DNA from: Octopus vulgaris | Lineage: Eukaryota | Length of the DNA: 64,000 bases | Assembly (NCBI GenBank): GCA_951406725.2 | Contig: OX597833.1 | Span: 6,944,001-7,008,000 of the forward strand | Reading direction: 5' to 3' | Shown: piece after piece, positions 26,894-39,686 of the stretch | Layout: every line of letters starts with the position of its first letter | Numbering within the stretch: the first letter of the stretch is position 1 | Notes under the pieces: generated by a model | Told to the model about the DNA's origin: nothing | Databases searched by the model: none | The model's input: the letters and a program-made list of their open reading frames with translations, nothing else | Program-made: the position numbers and the translations under genes

Positions 26894-28732
26894 GGTATGT
26901 AGAAAAATACAACATGGACAAGAACGTATAACTCTTAGAAGACGATACAATAAACACGGACAGGACATTCGAAACCCTCAGTCTTCAGTCAAGAACCGGA
27001 TCATCGTAGTAATTTCGGCTGATTAATCTTGAGATTACTAGATCACGGCCAGCCCTCCAAGAAAAACTAAGCAACGAGCATTAGAAAAACTAAGCTGGAA
27101 GCGTAGATTTCCTGGAAGAAGGATCGAATGCATACGAACACCAGGACAGCAAAAGGGACAGATATAAAAAAACAAAAAACAATAATGGAATACAGAAACA
27201 AGAAATACAGAAGCATTAACGGTGAAAACAACAGTGTCTTACGACTGATAACAAGCAAACAAATTTTTTCTCTGGCGCAATGGAAAAAGCCTTTATAGCG
27301 GCGGACGAAAACAGCGATGTTAACAGGACGAGGTCAGGAGCTGAAAGGCAGATTTCGGCCAACAGTCACGTGACAGAGAAGAGAGAAAAGAAAAGAAAGA
27401 GAAGCAAAGGAAGAGAGAGAGAGAGAGAGAGAGAGAGGAGGGACAAACGCAACAAAGAGAGAGAAGAGAGAGAAAGAAGGAATCAGAGAGGAGAAGGGAT
27501 GGGTGTCGAAGAATGACCTGTGAGTGCAGAGCGAGACAAAGAAATAGGAGGGTAGTGGAAGACTAGACCAAAGAATCAGAGGAAAGAGAAGAGAAAAAGA
27601 GGATGAGTGGAGAGAAAAGAGAGAGAGGGGGACAGATCAAGTAAAAATGAGAGAGAGAGAGAGACAAACAGAGAGTCGTACCAATTATTAAGAATATGTG
27701 CTCACATTAATGTTAAGGGGGTACGGGGCGCCTGGAATATATGTTAAGGTATGTAGAAAAATACAACATGGACAAGAACGTATAACTCTTAGAAGACGAT
27801 ACAATAAACACGGACAGGACATTCGAAACCCTCAGTCTTCAGTCAAGAACCGGATCATCGTAGTAATTTCGGCTGATTAATCTTGAGATTACTAGATCAC
27901 GGCCAGCCCTCCAAGAAAAACTAAGCAACGAGCATTAGAAAAACTAAGCTGGAAGCGTAGATTTCCTGGAAGAAGGATCGAATGCATACGAACACCAGGA
28001 CAGCAAAAGGGACAGATATAAAAAAACAAAAAACAATAATGGAATACAGAAACAAGAAATACAGAAGCATTAACGGTGAAAACAACAGTGTCTTACGACT
28101 GATAACAAGCAAACAAATTTTTTCTCTGGCGCAATGGAAAAAGCCTTTATAGCGGCGGACGAAAACAGCGATGTTAACAGGACGAGGTCAGGAGCTGAAA
28201 GGCAGATTTCGGCCAACAGTCACGTGACAGAGAAGAGAGAAAGAAAAGAAAGAGAAGCAAAGGAAGAGAGAGAGAGAGGAGAGAGAGAGAGGAGGGACAA
28301 ACGCAACAAAGAGAGAGAAGAGAGAGAAAGAAGGAATCAGAGAGGAGAAGGGATGGGTGTCGAAGAATGACCTGTGAGTGCAGAGCGAGACAAAGAAATA
28401 GGAGGGTAGTGGAAGACTAGACCAAAGAATCAGAGGAAAGAGAAGAGAAAAAGAGGATGAGTGGAGAGAAAAGAGAGAGAGGGGGACAGATCAAGTAAAA
28501 ATGAGAGAGAGAGAGAGACAAACAGAGAGTCGTACCAATTATTAAGAATATGTGCTCACATTAATGTTAAGGGGGGTACGGGGCGCCTGGAATATATGTT
28601 AAGGTATGTAGAAAAATACAACATGGACAAGAACGTATAACTCTTAGAAGACGATACAATAAACACGGACAGGACATTCGAAACCCTCAGTCTTCAGTCA
28701 AGAACCGGATCATCGTAGTAATTTCGGCTGAT
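26890..28732. repeat. Tandem duplication of an 854-855-bp unit (2 units plus a 134-bp partial), probably PLE-related
   Basis: TTAAGGTATGTAG recurs at 26890, 27744 and 28599. Units differ mainly by indels in GA and G tracts. Flanked by TA repeats. A diverged relative lies at 35428-35560. Confidence 0.85.
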
Positions 28733-29459
28733 ATATATGCTTGTATTGGATTTATAATATAACGAAGCAGTGGGGGGTAGAAAGTATGTATACATGATGC
28801 ATTACTATTACTATTACACGAGACTCAACGCTCTATAACAACGGCTCACAATGAACTGCTACCAACACGAACTGCTGACGACCCGACAGTTGTCTATTTA
28901 CTAGAGATGTCTCAGTCCACTTTTTGTCACATGGGCGTAGTCGGAATCCTTCCACAACACACACACACACACACGCACACATACACACACACAACACACA
29001 CACATACACACATATTTATATATAAATGAGTAATAGTAGAGGTACAGGTGTCTGTCCATTACAGCCGTTTCGAACGACTCCTTTATTTGATTAATGAAAA
29101 CATGACATCATTGTAACGAAACCGTTTTCCTTTGGTGAATTCTGGAACTCCAAACTAAAAAGACATTCGAAATCATTTAATAGAGTTTGTAATCCACGGA
29201 GCAAAAGCATTTGCAGTGATTCTGCTGCTGTTTCTGTTGACAGCATATTTAACACATTTCATATAAAGTACATGTCTGAATAGCTCAAGAGTGGATTTCT
29301 TCACTCAGCTGGGTTGAAATGTCGACATATACTTCAAGAATGTCATCCAGGCCGAAATTATGTACCAAGTTTGGTATTTATATAATATTGTTGTGTGTGT
29401 ATATTATTTCGAACTAACGAGGTGCCTCAATTTAAATACCTAAATCAACCGAATCTTAC

Positions 29460-29507
<48 letters not shown>

Positions 29508-29509
<2 letters not shown>

Positions 29510-29792
29510 CAATTGCAGCGTGGAAGGTGTTTATAAGCCATTTAAGAAACACACAAAAGCCGTTCGATTCACTTCAACATTTAAGTTTAATTTGTCAAAA
29601 TATTTTCGTCGCTTTAAGACCGCGACCTGTTCACTGACAAAAATCCGTGCTGCATCATTCTGTCAGTGAACAGGTCGCGGTCTTAAAGCGACGAAAATAT
29701 TTTGACAAATTAAACTTAAATGTTGAAGTGAATCGAACGGCTTTTGTGTGTTTCTTAAATGGCTTATAAACACCTTCCACGCTGCAATTGTT
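29508..29792. repeat. Perfect inverted repeat, 132-bp arms and 21-nt spacer, in (TA)n
   Basis: 29508-29639 is the exact reverse complement of 29661-29792. The right arm continues as unique sequence to about 29851 before (TA)n resumes. Confidence 0.95.
29661..29707 (+). ncRNA. Minimal hammerhead-fold motif with G3:C8 core variant (mirror copy on the minus strand at 29591-29641)
   Basis: TGTCA-GTGAACA-G-GTCGC-(GGTCTTAAA)-GCGAC-GAAA-ATAT-TT-TGACA: stem I, stem II and a palindromic stem III are all in register. Confidence 0.7.
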
Positions 29793-29847
29793 TTCGTTTC
29801 AGCACACGATCTCAGATCAAATTACTTGCTATGCGAGTACATCTCCG

Positions 29848-29929
<82 letters not shown>

Positions 29930-29930
<1 letters not shown>

Positions 29931-30165
29931 TACAAAATTAGAGAATGGAGAAACATACTTAAATCAATAAAACATCAACTATCCGATGATACCCAATCAA
30001 TACTTTAATACACCATTACATATGAGTAGAGGCATTATACAAAAAGAGATATACATTAATAGTAAAAAGATAAAGAGATATAAGTAAAAAATTTCAAATA
30101 TAATATGCAATTAATCAAAACTGACAGCTGTTTCGGCAGTGAGGGCAGTCATACCTCATTTAACC

Positions 30166-30166
<1 letters not shown>
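29930..30166 (-). mobile_element. PLE terminal-repeat fragment with the 3' half of a hammerhead
   Basis: Minus strand ..CTGCC-GAAA-CAGCTG-TC-AG (about 30140-30121) has a palindromic stem III and a GUC cleavage triplet. The CUGANGA half is missing; the fragment ends at the (TA)n boundary. Confidence 0.5.
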
Positions 30167-30200
<34 letters not shown>

Positions 30201-30436
30201 GCATATATAAAATTGATTTGGCGCCCACTTTTCCATGCTTCCGTGGGTGAAGCGGACATCGTTGAGGCAGATTTTCTACGGCCGGATGCTCATCCTATCA
30301 CTGACCCTCACCTGTTCCTAAATAAGGTATTATCTCCCTTTGGCCGAACTTGTTTCCCACAGAATACTTGCGTTAACACCACTTGTATGATAAGTGGCAG
30401 TCATTTGCAAATATTACGCGGTATCAATATAAACAG

Positions 30437-30496
<60 letters not shown>

Positions 30497-30524
30497 CTAG
30501 TTAGCTAGCTAGATAGAGAGATAT

Positions 30525-30597
<73 letters not shown>

Positions 30598-30751
30598 CTT
30601 CTTTCAGTCTCTCCAATTCACTCGCAAGATGTCTGTCAGCCGGAAGCTTTAATAGAAGACACTTGCTCAAGGTGTCAAGCAGTTGTACTGAACCCCGCTT
30701 TAACCAGAAGAATCAACATCCGTCTATTCCTGATATCCCGTACTAATATTG

Positions 30752-30965
30752 TTCTTTTCTACTCTAAGCACATTGCCAGAAAGTTTGGGGAAGGGGGCCA
30801 GTCGATTAGATCGACCCCAGTACGCAACTGGTACTTAATTATCGAGCCCGAAAGGATGAAAGGCAAAGTCGAACTCTGCGGAATTTGAACTCAGAATGCA
30901 AAGACAGACGAAATACCACTAAGCATTTCGACGGACGTGCTACCGGTTCTGCCAGTTCCCGCCAT
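30752..30965 (-). mobile_element. SINE family C with an alternative 3' tail
   Basis: Same head and Meta-like core as 12052-12276, but the tail resembles those of 23118-23328 and 22251-22465. Confidence 0.75.
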
Positions 30966-31357
30966 CGGGTGCTTATATTATTAAAGACGAAAAAGCTGAG
31001 AGATAAAGATAAATTCCTATCAAGATTAGAACTTAGTAATGGGGAGGCACAGTTATTTTAATACTTTTCCTTACAGTTGATATTTTATTAAGGGTATGAT
31101 AAAGGGGTAGATGATAAAAGCCAGCTAGGAAGCTGGGTACATGACATACTTTCAAGTCATATTTATGGCGATGTTGTTTTATGACTTATGCAAAGAGAAA
31201 GAAGGGTAAGAGAAATATGTGCAGGGTTTGAAAGACGAGTGGTAGGAATAAGGGTAGTTACTGTCAGACAAGGGGTGAAACCTAAATATTTACAACAGGA
31301 TGTCTTCCACTAGAATGATCCAGAGGTCAGGTGGTGGATTTAAAAACCAGCGTGTCG

Positions 31358-31700
31358 CAACTTAAAAGGTACAACTTAATTAAGAACCGAGTATACCTGC
31401 AATTAAAAGGTACCACCTAATAGAAGGTACATCAACTAATAAAAGGTACTACCAATGAAAGGGTACCACCAAGTAGAAAGTACCCTGATTAAAAGGTATC
31501 AGCAAATATAAAATATCCCGAATTAAAAGGTACTCCCAATTAAAGGATATACCAAATTAAGAGGGAGCGCCTAATAATAAAAGGTACCAGCCAATATAAA
31601 TGAAAGTGTATCTCTTCCCCATTTAAAAGGTAACACGAGTTAAAAGGTACCCCGAATTATAAGATACCCCCAATTAAAAAATACCATTAATTAAAAGGCA
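31358..31700. repeat. Degenerate minisatellite, period about 18 bp, consensus near AATTAAAAGGTACCNCC
   Basis: AAAAGGTA and variants recur at roughly 18-20-nt spacing, about 16-17 units by eye. Confidence 0.8.
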
Positions 31701-32351
31701 CACTCACTCTGATGAGTCTCCACAGTTTGTCTAAATTCCATGATTCGGTCATCCTGGGGCCGTGACAAAATATGTTTGTCCTGGGTATCATACCTGGGTA
31801 CGTGGCCTTTCGTTAAAGGCCACGTACGTAATTGTGGAAAAGGAACTTTGACCACGTGGTCATGTTTTCGTTTTACATTTTATAACAGTGCTGAAGAGGC
31901 ATGAACACCACAGAGTCCCAGCTTCCAGTGAATAATGAAATGCGTCTAGAATAAATAAATGAATACAAGTATTTTAATTTAAGTTTCTCAAACCCTTGCC
32001 CCCCCCCCAAGACCCGGGGTGTGGAACGTGTCAGTCTACTCCATTACTTAGTCGCTTAATCTGTTGCGGGGTGGGGGTGTACACACACAAACACACACGT
32101 TCATATATATGCAAATGTACACATTTGTATATATTTAAACAGATATACATATATGTTTGTGCAGGTATATATAAATATATATATGTATGTATATGTGTAT
32201 ATGTGTGTATCTTTCTCCCTCTTACACTATATATACATATATATATATGTATATATGTATATATGTATGTATATATATATATACATATATATATATGTAT
32301 ATATGTATATATATATATATATGTATGTATATATATATATATGTATGTATG

Positions 32352-32430
<79 letters not shown>

Positions 32431-32439
32431 AGAGAGAAA

Positions 32440-32487
<48 letters not shown>

Positions 32488-32583
32488 AATTCCTTTTCGC
32501 GAAAATTTATTTCAGTCTTTTGGTGGAAGCAGTGAATGTTTTGCTAAAATTACAGAGATTCTGAACGAGTGTGCCAAAGACAA

Positions 32584-32660
<77 letters not shown>

Positions 32661-32906
32661 CACACACGTTATAAAGTGGCAGGAAAGTCACTCGCTAATC
32701 TTTTAATCATAACATGACCCACCTTTTCGACTTGCATGGATACATACGTAGGTTAGGGAAGTGGAAGGGCGGACCCCCGGGTGGGGGGGGGGCTTTTTAT
32801 TTTTATTTTCTTGAAACAGGTTAATGGTAGGGGTCTCCATGCGCGTGTGTCTAAGTGTATGTATTTGAATGTAGGCCTGTGTGTTTTTCTGCATATACAA
32901 ACACAC

Positions 32907-32938
<32 letters not shown>

Positions 32939-33052
32939 GCTTACAAATATTTAGGCATATTTTATATACACATGTATATATACAAATGCACAAGTATAAT
33001 TTATATACGTGTACGTGGATATATAATATATACACATGTATATATACATACG

Positions 33053-33084
<32 letters not shown>

Positions 33085-33087
<3 letters not shown>

Positions 33088-33418
33088 TCTTTTACTCTTT
33101 TACTTGTTTCAGTCATTTGACTGTGGCCATGCTGGAGCACTGCCTTTAGTCGAGCAAATCGACCCCAGGACTTATTCGTTGTAAGCCCAGTACTTATTCT
33201 ATCGGTCTCTTTTGCCAAACCGCTAAGTGACGGGGACATAAACACACCAGCATCGGTTGTCAAGCAATGCTAGGGTGACAAACACAGACACACAAACATA
33301 TACACACACATACATATATATTTATGCATATATACGACAGGCTTCTTTCAGTTTCCGTCTACCAAATCCACTCACAAGGCATTGGTCGGCCCGGGGCTAT
33401 GGCAGAGACACTTGCTCA
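33085..33418 (-). mobile_element. SINE family A, head truncated
   Basis: Reverse complement of family A, from the tail to ..GACACTTGCTCA. Confidence 0.88.
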
Positions 33419-33426
33419 TTTATATA

Positions 33427-33702
33427 GGCGCGGCTCTGTGGTAAGAAGCTTACTTCCCAACAACACGGTTCCTGGTTCACTCCCCCTGCGCGGCACCTTG
33501 AGCAAGTGTCTTCTACTATAGCTTGACAATTGATGTTGGTGTGTTTACGTCCCCGTAACCTAGCGGTTCGGCAAAATGGGCCGATAGAATAAATACTAGC
33601 CCTGCAGAGAATAAGTCCTGGAGTCGATTTCTTCGACAAAAAAATCCTCTAAGACGCTGCTCCAGCATGGCCTCAATCAATAACTGAAACAAGTTAAAGA
33701 GT
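33427..33702 (+). mobile_element. Older SINE family A copy with an internal deletion
   Basis: The head and CORE-like part is joined directly to GCTTGACAA.., skipping the microsatellite-containing middle. Confidence 0.8.
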
Positions 33703-33710
33703 AGCTATAA

Positions 33711-34020
33711 CTCATCATCATTGTTCGACCGTGGTCGAGACAATGGAATTTACCAGGCTACGCCAGACTTCACGGTTTACTAACAGCAGCCACCAAGCAA
33801 CTAAAAGCCCCGAAAGCATTTGGTCCCGACAACAACCCAGCTATAATTTGGAAGGATGATAGATTTCACACACTTTTGCTCAACCTTTGCAACCACACAC
33901 TTTCCACCTTTGTCGCTCCAAAGATTTGGCACCAATCTCAGGTCATCCCAATACCCAAAAAAGGCGATTTATCCCTCGTCACCAACTACAGGGGTATATC
34001 TCTAATGTCAACTATAGCTA
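33711..34020. mobile_element. RTE-like LINE fragment with an internal inversion
   Basis: Plus 33801-34020 encodes LKAPKAFGPDN..W..SQVIPIPKKGDLSLVTNYRGISLMS (RT N-terminal motifs). Minus 33778-33711 encodes REVWRSLVNSIVSTTVEQ* followed by a (TGA)n tail. Confidence 0.8.
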
Positions 34021-34682
34021 CATGTATGTCTATCTCTCTATCTCTCTATCTATTTATATCACACAGTATCTATCTATCTATCTATTTGTCTATCTATCTA
34101 TCAAGCTAGCTATGTAGGTATATCTCTCTATCTCTAACTCTCTATCTCTTTCTCACCGTCTTTGTATATACGTTTGGGTGTACTAAATTATACATGTATT
34201 AAGTATATACACATATATTAAGTGTGTGTATATATATATATATATATGTATGTATATATCTGCGCGTATGCAAACACCCACACATTGAAGCATTCACCCA
34301 AACGCATGAAAATTATGAATGCTAAAATTTCATTAATCCTTAATCCGGCAATCGCCCTATCGATCGTGAGGCAATTACGAAAAATTGGACATAAAACTTA
34401 TATATAAGGAATACAAATGGGAATTGTCCAATTACAATTAACTGTGGTGATTGATTAAGAAGGACAATAAAGATATTTAATTGGTTAATGACATAATAAA
34501 TGCTTCAATCAGAGAGGGAAGTCAATTTTCAATGTGAAGTCATTACAGAGCAAATTTTATGTTCCGTTTTCCATAATCGTGCGAAAATCGGAAACAGAAT
34601 GATATGACATCTCTTTCAAAGTATTCACTATTTCGTTTTAGCTCTCTGGTTCACGCTTATGTCTTTATACGCAGATGAATAT

Positions 34683-34757
<75 letters not shown>

Positions 34758-34925
34758 CACACACACACACACACACATACATATATATATATATGCACGC
34801 ACGCACACACGTACGCGCTTACAAGTACGTCTGTTTATCTATGTGTATATATATATGTATGTATTACTGGTGGATCCCTGTATATGCGCGATGGTACGCC
34901 CGCACATACAAATATATATGTGTAT

Positions 34926-35325
34926 AGGCGCAGGAGTGGCTGTATGGTAAGTAGCTTGCTTACCAACCACATGGTTTCGGGTTCATTCCCACTGCGTGGC
35001 AACTTGGGCAAGTGTCTTCTACTATAGCCTCGGGCCGACCAAAGCCTTGTGAGTGGATTTGGTTGACGGAAACTGAAAGAAGCCCGTCGTATATATGTAT
35101 ATATATATCTGCGTATATTTTTGCTTGTCCCTCCAACATCGCTTGACAACCGATGCTGGTGTGTTTACGACCCCATAACTTAGCGGTTCGGCAAAAAGGG
35201 ACCGATAGAATAAGTACTGGGCTTACAAAGACTAAGTCCTGGGGTCTATTTTCCCGACTAAAGGCGGTGCTCCAGCATGACCGCAGTCAAATGACTGAAA
35301 CAAGTAAAAGAAAAAAAGAATAAAA

Positions 35326-35328
<3 letters not shown>
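34926..35328 (+). mobile_element. SINE family A, full length
   Basis: Colinear with 12775-13200. Confidence 0.9.
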
Positions 35329-35382
<54 letters not shown>

Positions 35383-35698
35383 CATACGTACATACATACA
35401 TACATACATACATACATACATACATACAAAACAGGGACAAGAACGTAAAACATCAGGACGGGTGATACAAAGAAAACATGGATGGGTCATTCGGAGTTTT
35501 CTATCCTCAGTCGAGTTCCAGATTATCTTTGCAATTTCGGCTGGTTTATATACTCAAAATATGAGTATATAAACACACGGGGCTTCAATCTGTGACTAGT
35601 TTGATAAGTGCCACTACAGGCAACTCTGAGGAGCATTCTGTTACTTCTGCAAAATATTAGTAAAACTATATATATATACTTATATATGCATACATGAA

Positions 35699-35734
<36 letters not shown>

Positions 35735-35816
35735 CACATACACATATGTATATACATATATATATGCATGTACATACACATATATATACATATATATACA
35801 TACACATGTTTGTGCG

Positions 35817-35847
<31 letters not shown>

Positions 35848-35881
35848 ATACACACACACACACATATATATATACATATAC

Positions 35882-35951
<70 letters not shown>

Positions 35952-37104
35952 GTATATATATAACATTTATAGATTTACACGTGTGTATGACTGCCTGTGC
36001 TTATTCTTATAATATTTATAAAAGTGTCAGGGTGCGAGTGTGTATGTATATATACGTGTGTGTGTGTGTGTGTGTGTGTGTATGTATTCATATATATATA
36101 GATAGATAGATAGATATAATTATATATATATGTATGTATGTATGTATGTATATCATATGCAGAGGAGGCACATGCATATCCACATGTGTGTGTATAAACT
36201 CATACATTTACCCACCTAAAAAGCTAAAGAAAGAAATATAGAGGTTAATTATTACAGCTGTGGTTGGTAAGACCAGTGGAGACACTGAGTCTGAAAATAG
36301 CACTGCTCTTACGCATACATATACACACATACTCACATACACACACACACACATATATATGCTTATATGCATACACGCATATATATATGTAGACGCACAT
36401 ACGTATATGTGAATGCGTATACATACACATGCATACATAATTATATATGTATGCATTTTTATATAATTACATACGTGCTTATATTTTCATATATGTATAT
36501 ATTTATGTTTGTATATATACACACACTCACAGACACACACACACACGTGCGCACACACACAAACACACACACAAACACACACACATATATATACATGCAT
36601 ACGTACATACATATACACATACGCATATAGATATGTACATGTTTCATATTTTTATACATGTATATCGACACATACATATATATAATGATATATATATATG
36701 TATATAGATTTATATCCATTTATATGTATACATATATATATACGTGTGTATATTTATATGTATAATTGCATATCTATTTATTAATCTCTGTCTCTTATCT
36801 CTCTCTCTCCCTCTGTGTATGTATGTATGTATACATATGTACGCTCACACACACACACACACACACATCCAAACAAACATGCATACACTCACACAGTATG
36901 CAAATGAATCGACCTGGAATCGATCCACAAACTCTTAAATTATTTTATATCGAACTGCTTAAAACTGTCAATTAAATCCGTCAGCCATGAACGACCAGCC
37001 TGACGAAAGGGTCTTTCCAACCAAACATGAATCATGTAATCGGAGAAATTTATAAAGACGTTACGCAATAGTTTCATACTTTATTCCCCGCGGGATATCG
37101 AGTG

Positions 37105-37220
37105 AAGGCGCCTGGCCAAGTGGTTGAAGTGTTGGGCTTACCATCATAAAGGTCGTCTGTTCGATTCCCGAACCGGACTGTTGTATCATTGTATCATTGA
37201 CCAAAGGACTTCACTGATCC
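37105..37220 (+). mobile_element. Decayed tRNA-derived SINE head
   Basis: TGGCCAAGTGGTT (A-box) .. GTTCGATTCCC (B-box), followed by the CORE-like TTGTATCATTGACCAAAGGACTT. Confidence 0.5.
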
Positions 37221-37524
37221 AGTCTTAATTAACTAAAATTGAGTCCCAATCCAAATGCTGGTTCAGGTCTTTTTCTCTCTCCGGCTGTCACCCATGGATG
37301 TGCCGCTGTTTTTCCTTCCAGTCTCTTTGATGTTCCGCTAAGTCAATGTTGTTAGGAGCCAAGGAGGGTTTTATGTCTACTCGTGACTACGGAGGCACCT
37401 AAATCAATTGCTAAAGGCATGGCACACGCCACCAGGTCTTACTCGCTCGCAAGTGACGGCGAAACAAGAAGCTGCATCGAAATTTTCTCTGATTTATTTC
37501 TTCAGGAGAATATTCATAAATCAT

Positions 37525-37730
37525 TTACCTTTTACTTATCTCAGCCATTAAACTGCGGCCATGCTGGGGCACCGCCTTGAAGAAAGTTTAGTAAAATAAA
37601 TCGCTCCCAAGACTTTTCTAAGTCTGGTATGTATTCTATCAGTGTATTTTGCCGAACTGCTAGGTTACGGGGACATAAACACATCAACGCCGGTTGCAAA
37701 GCAGTGGTGGGGGGACAAACACAGACACAA
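37525..37730 (-). mobile_element. Diverged 3' half of SINE family A
   Basis: Plus strand CTGCGGCCATGCTGGGGCACCGCC..GCCGAACTGCTAGGTTACGGGGACATAAACAC. Confidence 0.75.
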
Positions 37731-37854
37731 AGAGGCACAGAAATTGTTTCAAGCATTAGTCTATGGCCATACTGGAGCAGCGCCGTGAACAATTTTCTTT
37801 TTAGTCAAATGAAACGATCCCAGCACTCATTTCTTGTTAAACCTGATCCTTATT

Positions 37855-37873
37855 CTATATATATGTGTATATA

Positions 37874-37909
<36 letters not shown>

Positions 37910-38470
37910 TGTATGTATGTATGTATGTATGTATGTATGTATGTATGTATGTATGTATGTGTATATATATATATGTATGTATGTATGCATGTATGTATGT
38001 GTGTGTGTATGTATGTATGTATGTATGTGTGTATGTATGTATGTATGTGTATGTGTATGTATGTATATGTATGTGTGTGTATGTATGTATGTATGTATGT
38101 GTATGTGTATGTATGTATGTGTATGTGTATGTGTGTGTATGTATGTATGTATGTATGTCTGTATGTATGTATGTATGCATGTATGTATGTACGTACGTAT
38201 GTATGTATGTATGTATGTATGTATGTGTGTATGTATGTATGTATGTATGTATGTATGTATGTATGTATGTATGTATGTATGTATGTATGTATGTATGTGT
38301 GTATGTATGTGTGTATGTATGTATGTATGTATGTATGTATGTATGTGTGTATGTGTGTATGTATGTGTGTGTATGTATGTATGCATGTATGTATGTATGT
38401 ATGTATGTATGTGTGTATGTATGTATGTATGTATGTATGTATGTATATATGTATGTATGTATGTATATAC
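37855..38470. repeat. Long compound (TATG)n microsatellite, representative of many
   Basis: Read directly. Similar tracts lie at 3435-3825 and 39110-39400; (GATA/TATC)n at 11541-11735, 15463-15860 and 56490-56755; (GACG/GACA)n at 53710-53892; (TA)n-based tracts at 19370-19730, 43612-44050 and 49415-49745. Confidence 0.95.
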
Positions 38471-38762
38471 ATGTAAAGATGGTCGACCCGGTTTTCAGAA
38501 TTTACAGTTTGATTAATCCGAATTAAGCTGTGCACTTAGGGGTTTGTGTGTGCCGTGGGGCCGTGGGGCCGTGGGGCCGTCAGCAGCATTCCCTCTGCCA
38601 CCATCACCAGAAATAATATCTCCACAGCTACTGCCATCATTAAAACCACTTCCAGCATCATCGTCATCATCATCATCGTCATCATCATCGTCATGATCAT
38701 CATCGTCATCATTATAACCCCCACCCCACCATTACCATGACCGCCGCCACCACCACCCTCAC

Positions 38763-38815
38763 CTGAAATTCTGATTATGACTTCGTCCAAATCCCAGATT
38801 ACGGAAGGTAATTAG
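38763..38815 (-). ncRNA. Candidate 53-nt internal exon
   Basis: Minus strand tctttctgttacag|CTAATTACC..AATTTCAG|gtgagg: a good acceptor and donor bracketing a unique island between simple repeats. Confidence 0.5.
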
Positions 38816-38850
38816 CTGTAACAGAAAGACACATACATACATGACGATTT

Positions 38851-38892
<42 letters not shown>

Positions 38893-38897
38893 TATAT

Positions 38898-38948
<51 letters not shown>

Positions 38949-39009
38949 ATACATATAAATATATATATATATATATATATGTATGTATATATATATATGT
39001 ATATATGTA

Positions 39010-39047
<38 letters not shown>

Positions 39048-39274
39048 CATAAATATATTTATACATACGCACACAAGTGTGTATATAATATATATATACA
39101 CACACATATGTATGTGTGTGTATGTATGTATGTATGTCTGTCTGTCTGTATGTATGTATGTATGTACGTATGTATGCATGTATGTATGTATGTATGTATG
39201 TGTGTGTGTATGTGTGTATGTATGTATGTATGTATGTGTGTGTGTATGTGTGTATGTATGTATGTATGTATGTA

Positions 39275-39311
<37 letters not shown>

Positions 39312-39686
39312 GTGTGTGTGTATGTGTGTATGTATGTATGTATGTATGTATGTGTGTGTGTATGTGTGTATGTATGTATGTATCCATCTGTGTGTGTGTG
39401 TGTATCTATATAACTATATGTATCTACTTATGTCTGTAATTCCGTGTACGTATGCATGTGAGTGCATAATTTATGTGCTCAGATACATATACTCGTGTAT
39501 AAACATAAACTCATATTTCATATATATATATATGTATGTATACACAAACACACACACATGTATATATAAAAATTAATTTTCGTATATATGTATGTGTGTG
39601 TGTGTGAAAATTAATTAGCTATAACGTAATATAAATTCTTCATTTATAATCGCAGACTCACTCAGTGAAAATGTAAAAAAGCAGAC

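Noticed and set aside
31709-31716. CTGATGAG hammerhead box
   Set aside because: No stem II or GAAA box follows.
33701-34021. 9-bp inverted repeat GTAGCTATA/TATAGCTAC flanking the RTE fragment
   Set aside because: The right copy is probably LINE coding sequence (..MSTIA), so the match is likely coincidental.
36205-36240. Possible recursive splice site or microexon on the minus strand (ttttag|GTGGGTAA)
   Set aside because: The donor half is weak and such motifs arise often by chance; it needs junction reads.
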